A stretch of 64,000 nt of DNA, from NCBI GenBank assembly GCA_964577965.1, contig CAZOAT010000002.1:4698-68697 (forward strand), read 5' to 3'. Below, piece by piece: positions 18,603 to 27,643 of the stretch. Source of the stretch: an uncultured Gemmatimonadaceae bacterium (GTDB lineage Bacteria; Gemmatimonadota; Gemmatimonadetes; Gemmatimonadales; Gemmatimonadaceae). Each line of letters starts with the position of its first letter. Positions within the stretch are counted from its first letter, which is position 1. Made by a program: the position numbers and the translations under genes. Below the pieces are notes generated by a model. The model searched no databases. It saw only the letters and a program-made list of their open reading frames with translations, and was not told the DNA's origin.

Positions 18603-19495
18603 TTGAAGCCGTAAAGATCTGGAACGAACCGAACAACCTTTCGCACTGGGATTTCACTGCGGATCCCGAATGGAAGCAGTTTGCCGCGATGGCAAGCCAG
18701 GCGGCCGAGCGCACCCGGTCGTGCGCGCCGCACCTCAAGGTTGTGATGGGCGGCATCTCTCCGATCGATCCGGCGTTCGTTCAGCGCCTGCTCGACCACG
18801 GTGCGCTCAATGACGTTGACGCCGTCGCCGTCCACGGGTTTCCGCTGGACTGGAATCACTGGCGGCTGCACGAGTGGCCGGAGAAGGTGCGGGAGATCGA
18901 GGAGGTCGCGGGGAAGCCTGTCTGGGTGACGGAAGTCGGCGTCTCCAGCTTCGGCGCGGACGAGGTGCAGGCGTTCGGGCTGCGGCGGACGCAGCAGCTG
19001 CTGGCCGGCGTGGATCGTGTCTACTGGTACAGCCTGCTCGACCTGCCGATTACCTGGGAGGCCACCACCCGGCACAGGGAGAGCGAGGGGAGCTCGTATT
19101 ACCGGCACTTCTACATGGGGCTGGTCCGGGAGGACGGGACCCCAAAAGAGGCAACCCGATTTTTCGATTCGCGCATCGGGATGTGTCAGTGGTTCCACTT
19201 CGAGGATCCCAGACTGGAGCTTGCGGTGCATTGGCTGCGGGAGCTCGGCGTGCGCCGGCTGCGCACCGGGCTGAGCTGGGCCGATCGCTATCGCGAGAAC
19301 TCACTCGACTGGTTCGACAGACAGATGGAAGCGCTCCAGGAGTTCGACGTCACGCTGACCCTTTGCTTCACCCCGGCACACTGTGGAGTGATGCCACACC
19401 ACGCCAGTCCGCCAGTGAACGCCAGTCAGTTCGCCGATTTCACGCAGGAGATGCTCGAGCGGTACGCGCCCGCGCCCGCAGGCGTGTCCGGCTGA
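18599..19495 (+). CDS. Clan GH-A (GH39/GH5-like) glycoside hydrolase, apparently circularly permuted
   Basis: The ATG at 18599 overlaps the methyltransferase stop (ATGA). WNEPN acid/base motif at residues 8-12, VTEVG nucleophile motif around residue 112. The C-terminal 110 aa resemble strands beta1-beta3. Confidence 0.65.
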   Translation: MIEAVKIWNEPNNLSHWDFTADPEWKQFAAMASQAAERTRSCAPHLKVVMGGISPIDPAFVQRLLDHGALNDVDAVAVHGFPLDWNHWRLHEWPEKVREIEEVAGKPVWVTEVGVSSFGADEVQAFGLRRTQQLLAGVDRVYWYSLLDLPITWEATTRHRESEGSSYYRHFYMGLVREDGTPKEATRFFDSRIGMCQWFHFEDPRLELAVHWLRELGVRRLRTGLSWADRYRENSLDWFDRQMEALQEFDVTLTLCFTPAHCGVMPHHASPPVNASQFADFTQEMLERYAPAPAGVSG

Positions 19496-19496
19496 G

Positions 19497-20120
19497 TTGA
19501 GGGGATTGACGGAAGCGACAGTCTTCTTTCTGGTTCGACATGCGCTGTGCGACCCGGTCGGCGTTACGATCGCCGGCCGTGGTGGTGCGGTGCCGCTGAA
19601 CGCGGCTGGTCGCCGGCAGGCGTCCTCGCTTGCAGAGCGGCTACGTGAGGTGGAGCCGCATGCGCTCTATTCAAGCCCGCTTGACCGCGCGCTCCAGACC
19701 GCGGAGGCGATTGCGCGCGTCGTGGGGCTGGACGTCGTCACCGACGATGCCTTCACGGAGGTGGATTTCGGCGGCTGGACAGGCGAGCGTCTCTCTGATC
19801 TTGCTGAGCGGTCTGAGTGGCGGCGCTTCAATCAGCTGCGGAGCTGGGCGCAGGTGCCCGATGGAGAGCTGATGATCTCAGCCCAGGCACGCGCGGTCGC
19901 TGGACTCGCGCGACTGCGAGTCGCGCACCCCGGGAATCGGGTGGTGATCGTCACGCACGCGGATGTGGTCCGCGGAGTGCTCACCCACGCGGTCGGTGCT
20001 CCGCTCGACATGCTGCTGCGCTTCGAGTGCGATGCCGCGTCGGTCAGCGTTGTCACGCTCGACAACGACAATGTGCGCGTGCTCCGCGTGAACGACTCCG
20101 GTTCGCTGGCGGGACTGTGA
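19497..20120 (+). CDS. Histidine phosphatase family protein (phosphoglycerate-mutase-like)
   Basis: N-terminal FFLVRHA (RHG-type catalytic motif) and a second catalytic His in VIVTHADVV. TTG start 1 nt after the upstream stop. Confidence 0.75.
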   Translation: MRGLTEATVFFLVRHALCDPVGVTIAGRGGAVPLNAAGRRQASSLAERLREVEPHALYSSPLDRALQTAEAIARVVGLDVVTDDAFTEVDFGGWTGERLSDLAERSEWRRFNQLRSWAQVPDGELMISAQARAVAGLARLRVAHPGNRVVIVTHADVVRGVLTHAVGAPLDMLLRFECDAASVSVVTLDNDNVRVLRVNDSGSLAGL

Positions 20121-21457
20121 CACGCCGCTCACACCAGCCACTTCCCGGGTCGCCGCGCCACGTTCTGCTCTGGGCCAGAATATTCGAAAGCCTCTGGTTC
20201 ATTCCCGCTCTGGGCGCGGCTGCCGGCGTAATCCTGGCTGTGATCACGCTCTCTTTCCCGATCGCCGGCCAGCTGGAGGACACCTGGATCTATCCCCTCC
20301 TGTTCAGCGGCGAACCCGAAAGCGCACGAGCCGTTCTGAGCACAATCGCCGGCAGCCTCATCACGGTCACGGGTGTCGTTTTCTCGGTGACAATCGTCAC
20401 GCTGCAACTGGCGAGCACACAGTTCACGCCGCGGGTGATGCGCGGGTTTATCGCCGATCGCACGAACCAGTTGGTGCTGGCGATCTTCATTGGAACGTTC
20501 ACATATACGCTTCTCGTTCTTGGCGGCCTCGGCTCGCCGGGACACGGTGAGGATGGCGTTCCGGTCATCGCGGTCACGCTCTCCCTGGTGCTGCTGCTCG
20601 TCAGCGTTGGCGCGCTGATTCTGTTCATCAACAGATCCGCACGGTCGGTTCAGGTCTCCACGATCCTGAGGCGAGAGGCCGAGCAGGCCGTGAATCGCGA
20701 CAACGGGATTTTCCCGGCTGGCGTCGGCACCGGTATTTCCGAAACCGACTTCACACCGCCATCGGGTGACCCGGCATCAGTTCGTGCGCGCGGACCCGGC
20801 TACGTGCAGGCGGTGGATGGCAGCGGGATGCTGGAGCTCGCCCGGAAGCAGAACGTGGTCGTGGAGATCAAAGTGTCCGTGGGCGAGTTCCTGTTCCCGG
20901 AGAAGACAGTTCTCTGCGTCTGGCCGGCCGAACGTGTGAGCGATGAGCTGAACGGAGAGCTGCTCGACCTGGTCGTGATCGGCCCTGAGCGAACACCGCA
21001 GCAGGACGTCGAGTTCAGCATCGGGGCGGTCGCCGACATCGCGGTCCGCGCCCTGTCCACCGGCATCAACGATCCGACCACGGCAATGCTGGCGATTGAT
21101 CGCCTGACTGAGATCCTGGGATCGCTCGCAGGATCCGGGGAGGAGGCGGTGCGCGCTGATGAATCGGGAGTGCCGCGGCTCGTGGTTCGAAGGACAACAT
21201 TCGAGCGAGCGGCGGGGCTCGCATTCGATCAAATCAGACTTCACGGTGCGGGGAATCCCGCCATCGTGAAGAAGATCCTGGACTCGATGCTCGATCTGCT
21301 GCCGCTGTTGAACGCGTACGAGGCAGCCGCGATCCGCCGGGAAGCAGACCGGCTGCTGTCAGCGGCGCGCCAGAGTTCTCCCCGCGACGAGCTTCCCGAT
21401 GTCGAGGAGCTGGCGCTCCGCGTCCTGCGCGAAACTCCCGGCAGTCAGACGAGCTGA
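20117..21457 (+). CDS. DUF2254-like membrane protein
   Basis: ORF 19817..21457 trimmed to the GTG at 20117 (GTGA overlap). Four N-terminal TM helices are followed by a large soluble domain, matching DUF2254 architecture. Confidence 0.6.
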   Translation: MTRRSHQPLPGSPRHVLLWARIFESLWFIPALGAAAGVILAVITLSFPIAGQLEDTWIYPLLFSGEPESARAVLSTIAGSLITVTGVVFSVTIVTLQLASTQFTPRVMRGFIADRTNQLVLAIFIGTFTYTLLVLGGLGSPGHGEDGVPVIAVTLSLVLLLVSVGALILFINRSARSVQVSTILRREAEQAVNRDNGIFPAGVGTGISETDFTPPSGDPASVRARGPGYVQAVDGSGMLELARKQNVVVEIKVSVGEFLFPEKTVLCVWPAERVSDELNGELLDLVVIGPERTPQQDVEFSIGAVADIAVRALSTGINDPTTAMLAIDRLTEILGSLAGSGEEAVRADESGVPRLVVRRTTFERAAGLAFDQIRLHGAGNPAIVKKILDSMLDLLPLLNAYEAAAIRREADRLLSAARQSSPRDELPDVEELALRVLRETPGSQTS

Positions 21458-24225
21458 CGCAGCACGTACGGCAGGATGCCGCCGTGCCGGTAGTAGTTCA
21501 GCTCCTCCGGCGTATCGACGCGCGAGCGTACCTGAAACTCCCGAACGGCTCCGTCAGCTGAACGCGCACGCGCCGTCAGCACTGCACGCGGCGACATCGA
21601 TTCGTGCAGTCCGACAAGGTCATAGGTCTCGAAGCCGGTCAGTTCGAGAGTGTCGCGAGTCTGCCCGCCCACGAACTCGAGCGGAAGCACCCCCATGCCG
21701 ACGAGGTTGGAGCGATGGATCCGCTCGAACGACTCGGCAATCACGGCGCGAACGCCGAGCAGCAGCGTTCCCTTGGCGGCCCAGTCACGCGAGGAGCCGG
21801 TACCGTACTCCTTGCCGGCCAGGATGATGAGTGGTGTGCCGAGTGCCTGGTACTCGGTGGACGCGTCGAAGATCGTCTTCGGCTCGCCACCGGGCTCCAT
21901 CGTCGTCCAGCCACCTTCCGTTTGAGGAGCGAGCTCGTTGCGCAGGCGGATATTGGCGAAGGTGCCACGCAGCATCACTTCGTGGTTGCCCCGGCGCGCT
22001 CCGTAGGAATTGAACTCCCTGGTCGTTACGCCATGCGCGATGAGCCACTTGCCCGCGGGACTCGCCGCCGGGATCGAGCCGGCGGGAGAGATGTGATCGG
22101 TGGTTATCGAATCTCCGAGCCGCGCCAGCACGCGCGCGCCGGTTAGGGGCCGTATCGGAGGTGGTGCCAGCGTGAGGCCGTCGAAGAACGGCGGATTCTT
22201 CACGTACGTCGAATCCGGATCCCACGCGAAGCGATCTCCCTCGGGTACCGGTAGTCCACGCCAGTTCTCGTCGCCTGCGAAAACGTTCGCGTACTGCTCG
22301 CGGAACATGTCGGCCTGCACCGAGCGCAGGATCTCGTCCGCGACTTCCTTCGGGCTCGGCCAGATGTCACGCAGGTACACCGGGCCGTCCCGTCCCGCAC
22401 CGATCGGCTCAGTCGCGAAGTCGATGTCCATCCGCCCCGCGAGCGCATACGCGACGACCAGCGGTGGCGACGCCAGGTAGTTGAATCGTGTGAGCGGGTT
22501 GATGCGTCCTTCGAAGTTGCGGTTCCCCGACAGCACAGCTGCAACGATGAGCTTGTTCTCCTCGATCGCTTCCGCTACCGGCTCCGGCAGCGGCCCCGAA
22601 TTGCCGATGCACGTGGTGCAGCCGTAGCCGACGAGGTTGAAGCGCAGTGTGTTGAGAGCGCTGGTGACCCCGGCTTTGTTGAAGTACTCGGTCACCACTT
22701 TGGAGCCCGGGGCCAGGCTGGTCTTCACCCAGGGCTTGGTCGCCAGTCCCCTCTCCACGGCATTCCGCGCCAGCAGTCCGGCCGCGAGCATCACGCTCGG
22801 GTTCGAAGTGTTGGTGCAGCTCGTGATTGCGGCGATCACAACCGAGCCATGGCCCAGCGGGAATGTGACGTCGTTCATCGTCACCGGGGTCGCGCCGTAC
22901 TGGTGCTGCTGCTCCTCCTGCGTCCGCGGCACGATTTCCGGGGAGAGCTCAGGTGAAGCGGCAACGGCGTGCGCCTGTCTGGCTCCGGCGACACCCGCCA
23001 GCGTGCCCGCCTTCTCCAGCTCGACCGCGAGCGACTCGCGGAACAGCTGCTTCGACATCTTGAGTGGCACTCTGTCCTGCGGCCGCTTGGGCCCGGCGAG
23101 ACTCGGCTCCACTGCGCCGAGGTCGAGCTCGAGCGTGTCGCTGAACACCGGATCCGGCGTCGCATCGGTGCGGAACAGCCCCTGTTCCTTGCAATACTCC
23201 TCGACCAGCCGTACGTGAGGCTCCTCCCGTCCCGTGAAGCGCAGATACTTGAGCGTTTCGTCGTCCACCGGAAAGAAGCCCATCGTCGCACCGTATTCGG
23301 GTGCCATGTTTCCGATCGTGGCGCGATCGGCGAGCGACAGGTTGGAGAGACCTGCGCCGTAGAACTCCACGAACTTGCCGACGACCTTCTTCTGCCGGAG
23401 GATCTGCGTCACCGTCAGAACCAGGTCGGTCGCCGTAGCGCCCGGCGGCAACTCGCCGTGCAGCTTGAAGCCGACTACTTCGGGGATAAGCATCGAGACC
23501 GGCTGGCCGAGCATGGCGGCTTCGGCCTCGATGCCACCGACACCCCAGCCCATCACTCCCAGCCCATTGATCATCGTGGTGTGAGAGTCTGTTCCGACCA
23601 GCGAATCGGGGTAGGCCAATACGCCTTCCTCCGTCTCGCGGCTGAACACCACGCTCGCCAGGTACTCCAGATTGATCTGGTGTACGATCCCCGTGTCGGG
23701 GGGCACAACGCGGAAATTATGGAAGGCCGTCTGCCCCCAGCGGAGCAGCGCGTAGCGCTCCTGGTTCCTCTCGAACTCCAGGTTTGCGTTTATCAGAATC
23801 GCCGCCTCCGATCCGTACTCGTCCACCTGCACCGAGTGGTCAATGACGAGATCGACAGGCTGCAGAGGGTTGATCTTCGCCGGGTCGCCACCGAGCGCAG
23901 CCAGCGCTTCGCGCATTGCCGCGAGGTCAACCACCGCGGGAACGCCCGTGAAATCCTGCAGGAGGACGCGTGCCGTGCGGAACGAGATCTCCAGCTGCGC
24001 GGCGCTGGAGCTGTCCCAGGTGGCCATCGACCGGATATCAGCTTCACGCACGAAGCTGCCGTCTTCGTTTCGCAGGAGATTCTCGACCAGGATCCTGAGG
24101 CTGAAGGGAAGCCGGGAAACCGTGGAACCGGGGAGACTGTCGAGCGCGGACAACCGGAAAATGACGTACGAGCGGCCATCGACCTCGAGCGTGCCGCGGC
24201 TGCCGAATGAGTTGGGGTTTGCCAT
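21445..24225 (-). CDS. acnA: Aconitate hydratase A
   Basis: 926 aa. Fe-S ligand contexts [18 protein letters not shown] and [10 protein letters not shown] are present. Confidence 0.95.
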   Translation of the reverse strand: MANPNSFGSRGTLEVDGRSYVIFRLSALDSLPGSTVSRLPFSLRILVENLLRNEDGSFVREADIRSMATWDSSSAAQLEISFRTARVLLQDFTGVPAVVDLAAMREALAALGGDPAKINPLQPVDLVIDHSVQVDEYGSEAAILINANLEFERNQERYALLRWGQTAFHNFRVVPPDTGIVHQINLEYLASVVFSRETEEGVLAYPDSLVGTDSHTTMINGLGVMGWGVGGIEAEAAMLGQPVSMLIPEVVGFKLHGELPPGATATDLVLTVTQILRQKKVVGKFVEFYGAGLSNLSLADRATIGNMAPEYGATMGFFPVDDETLKYLRFTGREEPHVRLVEEYCKEQGLFRTDATPDPVFSDTLELDLGAVEPSLAGPKRPQDRVPLKMSKQLFRESLAVELEKAGTLAGVAGARQAHAVAASPELSPEIVPRTQEEQQHQYGATPVTMNDVTFPLGHGSVVIAAITSCTNTSNPSVMLAAGLLARNAVERGLATKPWVKTSLAPGSKVVTEYFNKAGVTSALNTLRFNLVGYGCTTCIGNSGPLPEPVAEAIEENKLIVAAVLSGNRNFEGRINPLTRFNYLASPPLVVAYALAGRMDIDFATEPIGAGRDGPVYLRDIWPSPKEVADEILRSVQADMFREQYANVFAGDENWRGLPVPEGDRFAWDPDSTYVKNPPFFDGLTLAPPPIRPLTGARVLARLGDSITTDHISPAGSIPAASPAGKWLIAHGVTTREFNSYGARRGNHEVMLRGTFANIRLRNELAPQTEGGWTTMEPGGEPKTIFDASTEYQALGTPLIILAGKEYGTGSSRDWAAKGTLLLGVRAVIAESFERIHRSNLVGMGVLPLEFVGGQTRDTLELTGFETYDLVGLHESMSPRAVLTARARSADGAVREFQVRSRVDTPEELNYYRHGGILPYVLRQLV

Positions 24226-24235
24226 TTACCGAAAT

Positions 24236-25405
24236 CTAAACCGGCTCGACTTCCTCGTCCCCTTCAGAGCCCAGTGTCTCACCAACCGTTTCGGCGAGGT
24301 GTGGGACATCGGCCTGTGAAGCTTCGAGCGCCGGCATTTCGTCCGGTACCAGCGGCTCCGCGGTGATGGCGAGGGTCGGACAGTGGTTGACGAAATCGCC
24401 GTCAGCAGGGGACCACTTCACGACAGGCTTTCGTGCGAACGCCTTGCCGTCGTCCCCCATCGCCATCGTCTCCGGCGCGAGCGCCACGCACAGCGTACAG
24501 CCGACGCACTTGGCCGGGTCCACCTCGATACGGATCTCTCTTCGTGGAAAGACGCCGGTCGGCTGTTCCAGGCAGGCGGAACAGGCGTCGATTGCCTCGG
24601 TTGCTGCCTGGTAGCCGGCGTGGATCAACTCCTCGGCGTGCGAGAAGCTGAACCAGGGTATGTGCGAAATCTTCGGCCGGATCAGAAGCATCGGTGGGCC
24701 GGCCCACTGCACGAGCGGCGCGAGCTGCAGTGCATGCATCATGGTGGACGCCGCCCGCATGTATATCGAGGCGAAACCGGCGGAAACGATGTCGTTCCGC
24801 TGAGGGATGTCGCTGCTGCCGACATCCACGGCGATCACCGCGTCCATGCCGCGCGCCGCGATCGCGACGGGGAGGTTGTCGATCACCCCGCCGTCGGCGC
24901 ACACACGCCGGCCGATATAGCCGGGGGGAAAGAACCCGGGCAGGGCGCAGGACGCGTATACGGCGTCGGGCGCCGCGACGTCGCGCAGCCCCGGAAGCCC
25001 CCAGACGACCTGAGCACCCTGCTGCAGATCCACCGTGTTCACCAGCACGGGAATCTCGAAGTCGGACAGCCGCACCGGGGGCACGATGGACAGGCAAAGC
25101 TCCCTGAGCGGTTGCTCCAGGTAGATGGATACAGCGTTCTGTCGCTGCCGCAGCATGCCGATGCGGTCGAGTCTGAAGAGGTCGCTCCGTCTCAGCTCCA
25201 GCGCGCGTTTCTCCATATCGTCCAGGCTCATGCCGCCAGCGAACGCGGTGCCGATCAGTGACCCGATGCTCGTTCCTGCCACCAGCGCTGGCACCAGCTC
25301 CCGCTCCGTGAGCGCGCGCAGCACGCCGACGTGGGCGATGCCTTTGAGGCCGCCGCCACCCAGCACGAGCGCGATGCGCCTGGACGGGAGGGGGAGTGAA
25401 GTCAT
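24236..25405 (-). CDS. Patatin-like phospholipase fused to a C-terminal single-cluster ferredoxin domain
   Basis: Oxyanion and nucleophile motifs LGGGGLKG and GTSIGS. The C-terminus has CVGCTLC...HCP (C-x2-C-x2-C...CP). The start is either the ATG at 25405 or the ATG at 25435. Confidence 0.8.
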   Translation of the reverse strand: MTSLPLPSRRIALVLGGGGLKGIAHVGVLRALTERELVPALVAGTSIGSLIGTAFAGGMSLDDMEKRALELRRSDLFRLDRIGMLRQRQNAVSIYLEQPLRELCLSIVPPVRLSDFEIPVLVNTVDLQQGAQVVWGLPGLRDVAAPDAVYASCALPGFFPPGYIGRRVCADGGVIDNLPVAIAARGMDAVIAVDVGSSDIPQRNDIVSAGFASIYMRAASTMMHALQLAPLVQWAGPPMLLIRPKISHIPWFSFSHAEELIHAGYQAATEAIDACSACLEQPTGVFPRREIRIEVDPAKCVGCTLCVALAPETMAMGDDGKAFARKPVVKWSPADGDFVNHCPTLAITAEPLVPDEMPALEASQADVPHLAETVGETLGSEGDEEVEPV

Positions 25406-25457
25406 GAGACGTATATTGATAAACCAACGCGTCATTCACCGCCTGAGCCATCCACAC
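25406..25457. promoter_or_regulatory. Short divergent intergenic region with an AT-rich core (TATATTGATAAA)
   Basis: The AT-rich 12-mer at about 25412-25423 stands out in GC-rich DNA. It lies about 35-45 nt upstream of the plus-strand ATG at 25458. A promoter role is inferred only. Confidence 0.2.
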
Positions 25458-26648
25458 ATGACCGACCCGCTCCTCGAATTTCGTGAGGAGTTTCCGATCC
25501 TGAAGCGCACGACTTACCTCGTGTCGCACTCGCTCGGCCCGATGCCCCGGACCGTACCGGAACGGCTGGCGGAGTACGCGGAGCACTGGGGTACCCACGG
25601 CGTGCGTGCCTGGAACTTCGGGTGGTGGGAGCTTCCGGTCACAGCGGGCAACGCGATCGCGCCATTGCTTGGCGCGCCGGACGGCGCGGTCGTGATGCTG
25701 CCCAACGTGACCCTGGCCCAGTCCGTGGTTCTGTCGGCGCTCGATTTTCCCCGCGAGCGGAACGAGATAGTCATGACAGGGCTGGACTTCCCCTCGGTGC
25801 TGTACGCCTTCGACGCGCTTGCACCACGGTTCGGTGCGACCATCACGCGCGTGCCCTCGGCCGACGGGATTACGCTGGACATGGACCGCCTTCTGTCCGC
25901 GATCACCGAGCGGACGCGGCTGGTGGCTATCTCGCACGTACTGTTCAGGTCCGCTTTCATCGTCGATGTCGCTGCGGTGTGCGAGCGGGCTCGCGAGGTT
26001 GGCGCGCTTGTATCGCTCGACGCGTTCCACTCGGTGGGGATCATGCCGGTGGACGTGCGTGCGCTCGGCGCGGACTTCCTTACCGGCGGCGTGCTGAAAT
26101 GGCTGTGCGGCGGTCCCGGAGGATGTTTCCTGTACGTGGCGCCGCATTTGCGCGACACGCTGGCCCCGGCGCTGACCGGCTGGCAGGCGCACGTCCGGCC
26201 GTTCGAGTTCGAGCCGGAGCACGAGTACACCTCCGGGGCGTTTCGTTGGCTGAACGGCACGCCAGTAGTACCCGCGTTGTATGCGGCGGTGGAAGGGCCC
26301 CGGATCGTGGCCCGTGCCGGCGTGCCGGCGATTCGGGCGAAGAGCATGCGACAGACAGCGCGGCTGATCGAGCTTGCTGTCGAGCGGGGCTACCGGGTGC
26401 ATGCTCCGCAGGAGGCGGAGCGGCGTGGAGGAACTGTAGCGATCGACGTGCCGAACGCGTTCGCCGTCGCCCAGGCGCTGCTGGAGCGTGACATTCTCGT
26501 CGATTACCGCGCAGGCGCGGGGATCCGCGTCGCACCTCACTTCTTCACCCGTGACGAGGAAATCGAGACGGTGATCGCGACGATCGAGGAGGTCCTGGCG
26601 ACGGGCGCATGGCGCAAGCACTCCGGTCACTCAGCCGTCGTAACCTGA
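25458..26648 (+). CDS. Kynureninase-like PLP-dependent enzyme (aminotransferase class V fold)
   Basis: ORF 25125..26648 trimmed to MTDPLLEFREEFP. PLP-lysine context TGGVLKWLCGGPGG resembles the kynureninase motif. Confidence 0.7.
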   Translation: MTDPLLEFREEFPILKRTTYLVSHSLGPMPRTVPERLAEYAEHWGTHGVRAWNFGWWELPVTAGNAIAPLLGAPDGAVVMLPNVTLAQSVVLSALDFPRERNEIVMTGLDFPSVLYAFDALAPRFGATITRVPSADGITLDMDRLLSAITERTRLVAISHVLFRSAFIVDVAAVCERAREVGALVSLDAFHSVGIMPVDVRALGADFLTGGVLKWLCGGPGGCFLYVAPHLRDTLAPALTGWQAHVRPFEFEPEHEYTSGAFRWLNGTPVVPALYAAVEGPRIVARAGVPAIRAKSMRQTARLIELAVERGYRVHAPQEAERRGGTVAIDVPNAFAVAQALLERDILVDYRAGAGIRVAPHFFTRDEEIETVIATIEEVLATGAWRKHSGHSAVVT

Positions 26649-26679
26649 CCTGAGCGCGAGACTGACGAGGCGCGGAGGA

Positions 26680-27585
26680 GTGCGGGTCAGCACCCGCGTA
26701 GCGCAGGCAATGCGGCGCGGCCAGCCGGTAGTCGCCCTGGAAAGCTCCGTTTTCGCACAGGGGCTGCCGCGCCTGTCGAATGCGGAGGCGGCGCGCAGAA
26801 TGATTCAGGCGGTGACTGAAGCTGGCGCCGTTCCGGCTGTAACTGGCGTCGTTCGTGGTGTCCCCGTCGCAGGGCTGGAGACCAGGGACCTGAACCGGTT
26901 CCTCGACAGCGAGGACATCCCCAAGGTCAGCGCCCGTGACCTCGCTGGTGGCATGGGGAGCGGCAGCGATGGAGCGACCACCGTTGCCGCCGCCATCGTG
27001 CTGGCGCATCGTGCGGGGATCGCCGTGTTCGCGACCGGCGGAATCGGGGGAGTTCATCGCGGCAGCGGACACGATGAGTCCGCCGACCTGCTCGAACTGT
27101 CCAGGACACCCGTGATCGTAGTCTGCTCAGGCGCCAAGGCGATCCTCGATCTGCAGGCGACGGCCGAGCGGCTGGAGTCTCTTGGTGTGACCGTAGTCGG
27201 CTACCGGACGGACACGATGCCAGCGTTCTACAGCCGGGAGACGGGGATTCCCGTGTCTGTAAGGGTGGATACGGCGGATCAGGTCGCTGCCATCTACAGG
27301 GCGCACTCGGCGCTTGGCCGACCTGGCGCGCTGCTGGTGGTTCAGCCGCCGCCGCCCGCGACAGCCCTCACACACGCCACAGTTGAGGGGGCGGTCACCA
27401 CAGGCCTCCGGTCGGCTGCGAGAGCGAAGGTTCGAGGCGCGGCCGTCACCCCGTTTCTGCTGAAAGCGGTCGCGAAAGCGACCCGCGGCAGGTCCCTGGC
27501 CGCCAATCTGGCGCTCCTGGAGCTCAACGCCGGCCTCGCCGGCGAAATCGCCGCGTCTGTTGCGGTGGCACGGAATAATCGTTGA
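26680..27585 (+). CDS. psuG: Pseudouridine-5'-phosphate glycosidase
   Basis: Indigoidine-synthase-A-like family pattern: VALESSVFAQGLP, ATGGIGGVHRG, VVCSGAKAILD. Confidence 0.85.
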   Translation: MRVSTRVAQAMRRGQPVVALESSVFAQGLPRLSNAEAARRMIQAVTEAGAVPAVTGVVRGVPVAGLETRDLNRFLDSEDIPKVSARDLAGGMGSGSDGATTVAAAIVLAHRAGIAVFATGGIGGVHRGSGHDESADLLELSRTPVIVVCSGAKAILDLQATAERLESLGVTVVGYRTDTMPAFYSRETGIPVSVRVDTADQVAAIYRAHSALGRPGALLVVQPPPPATALTHATVEGAVTTGLRSAARAKVRGAAVTPFLLKAVAKATRGRSLAANLALLELNAGLAGEIAASVAVARNNR

Positions 27586-27643
27586 ACTGGACTGAGGCGC
27601 AGTGGTACAATGTTGAGAACAGCCGCACACCGAGGAGAGCTGC

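Noticed and set aside
22969-24210. A 413-aa plus-strand ORF inside the acnA region.
   Set aside because: It is antisense to an unambiguous aconitase gene. The composition is Arg/Leu/Glu-biased with no recognisable domain.
24402-26630. A 742-aa ORF on the minus strand, the longest non-annotated ORF in the track.
   Set aside because: It is antisense to the recognisable kynureninase-like gene and in an alternative frame over the patatin gene. The product is Arg/Pro/Gly/Ala-rich and low-complexity with no motifs. This is the typical shadow ORF of very GC-rich DNA.
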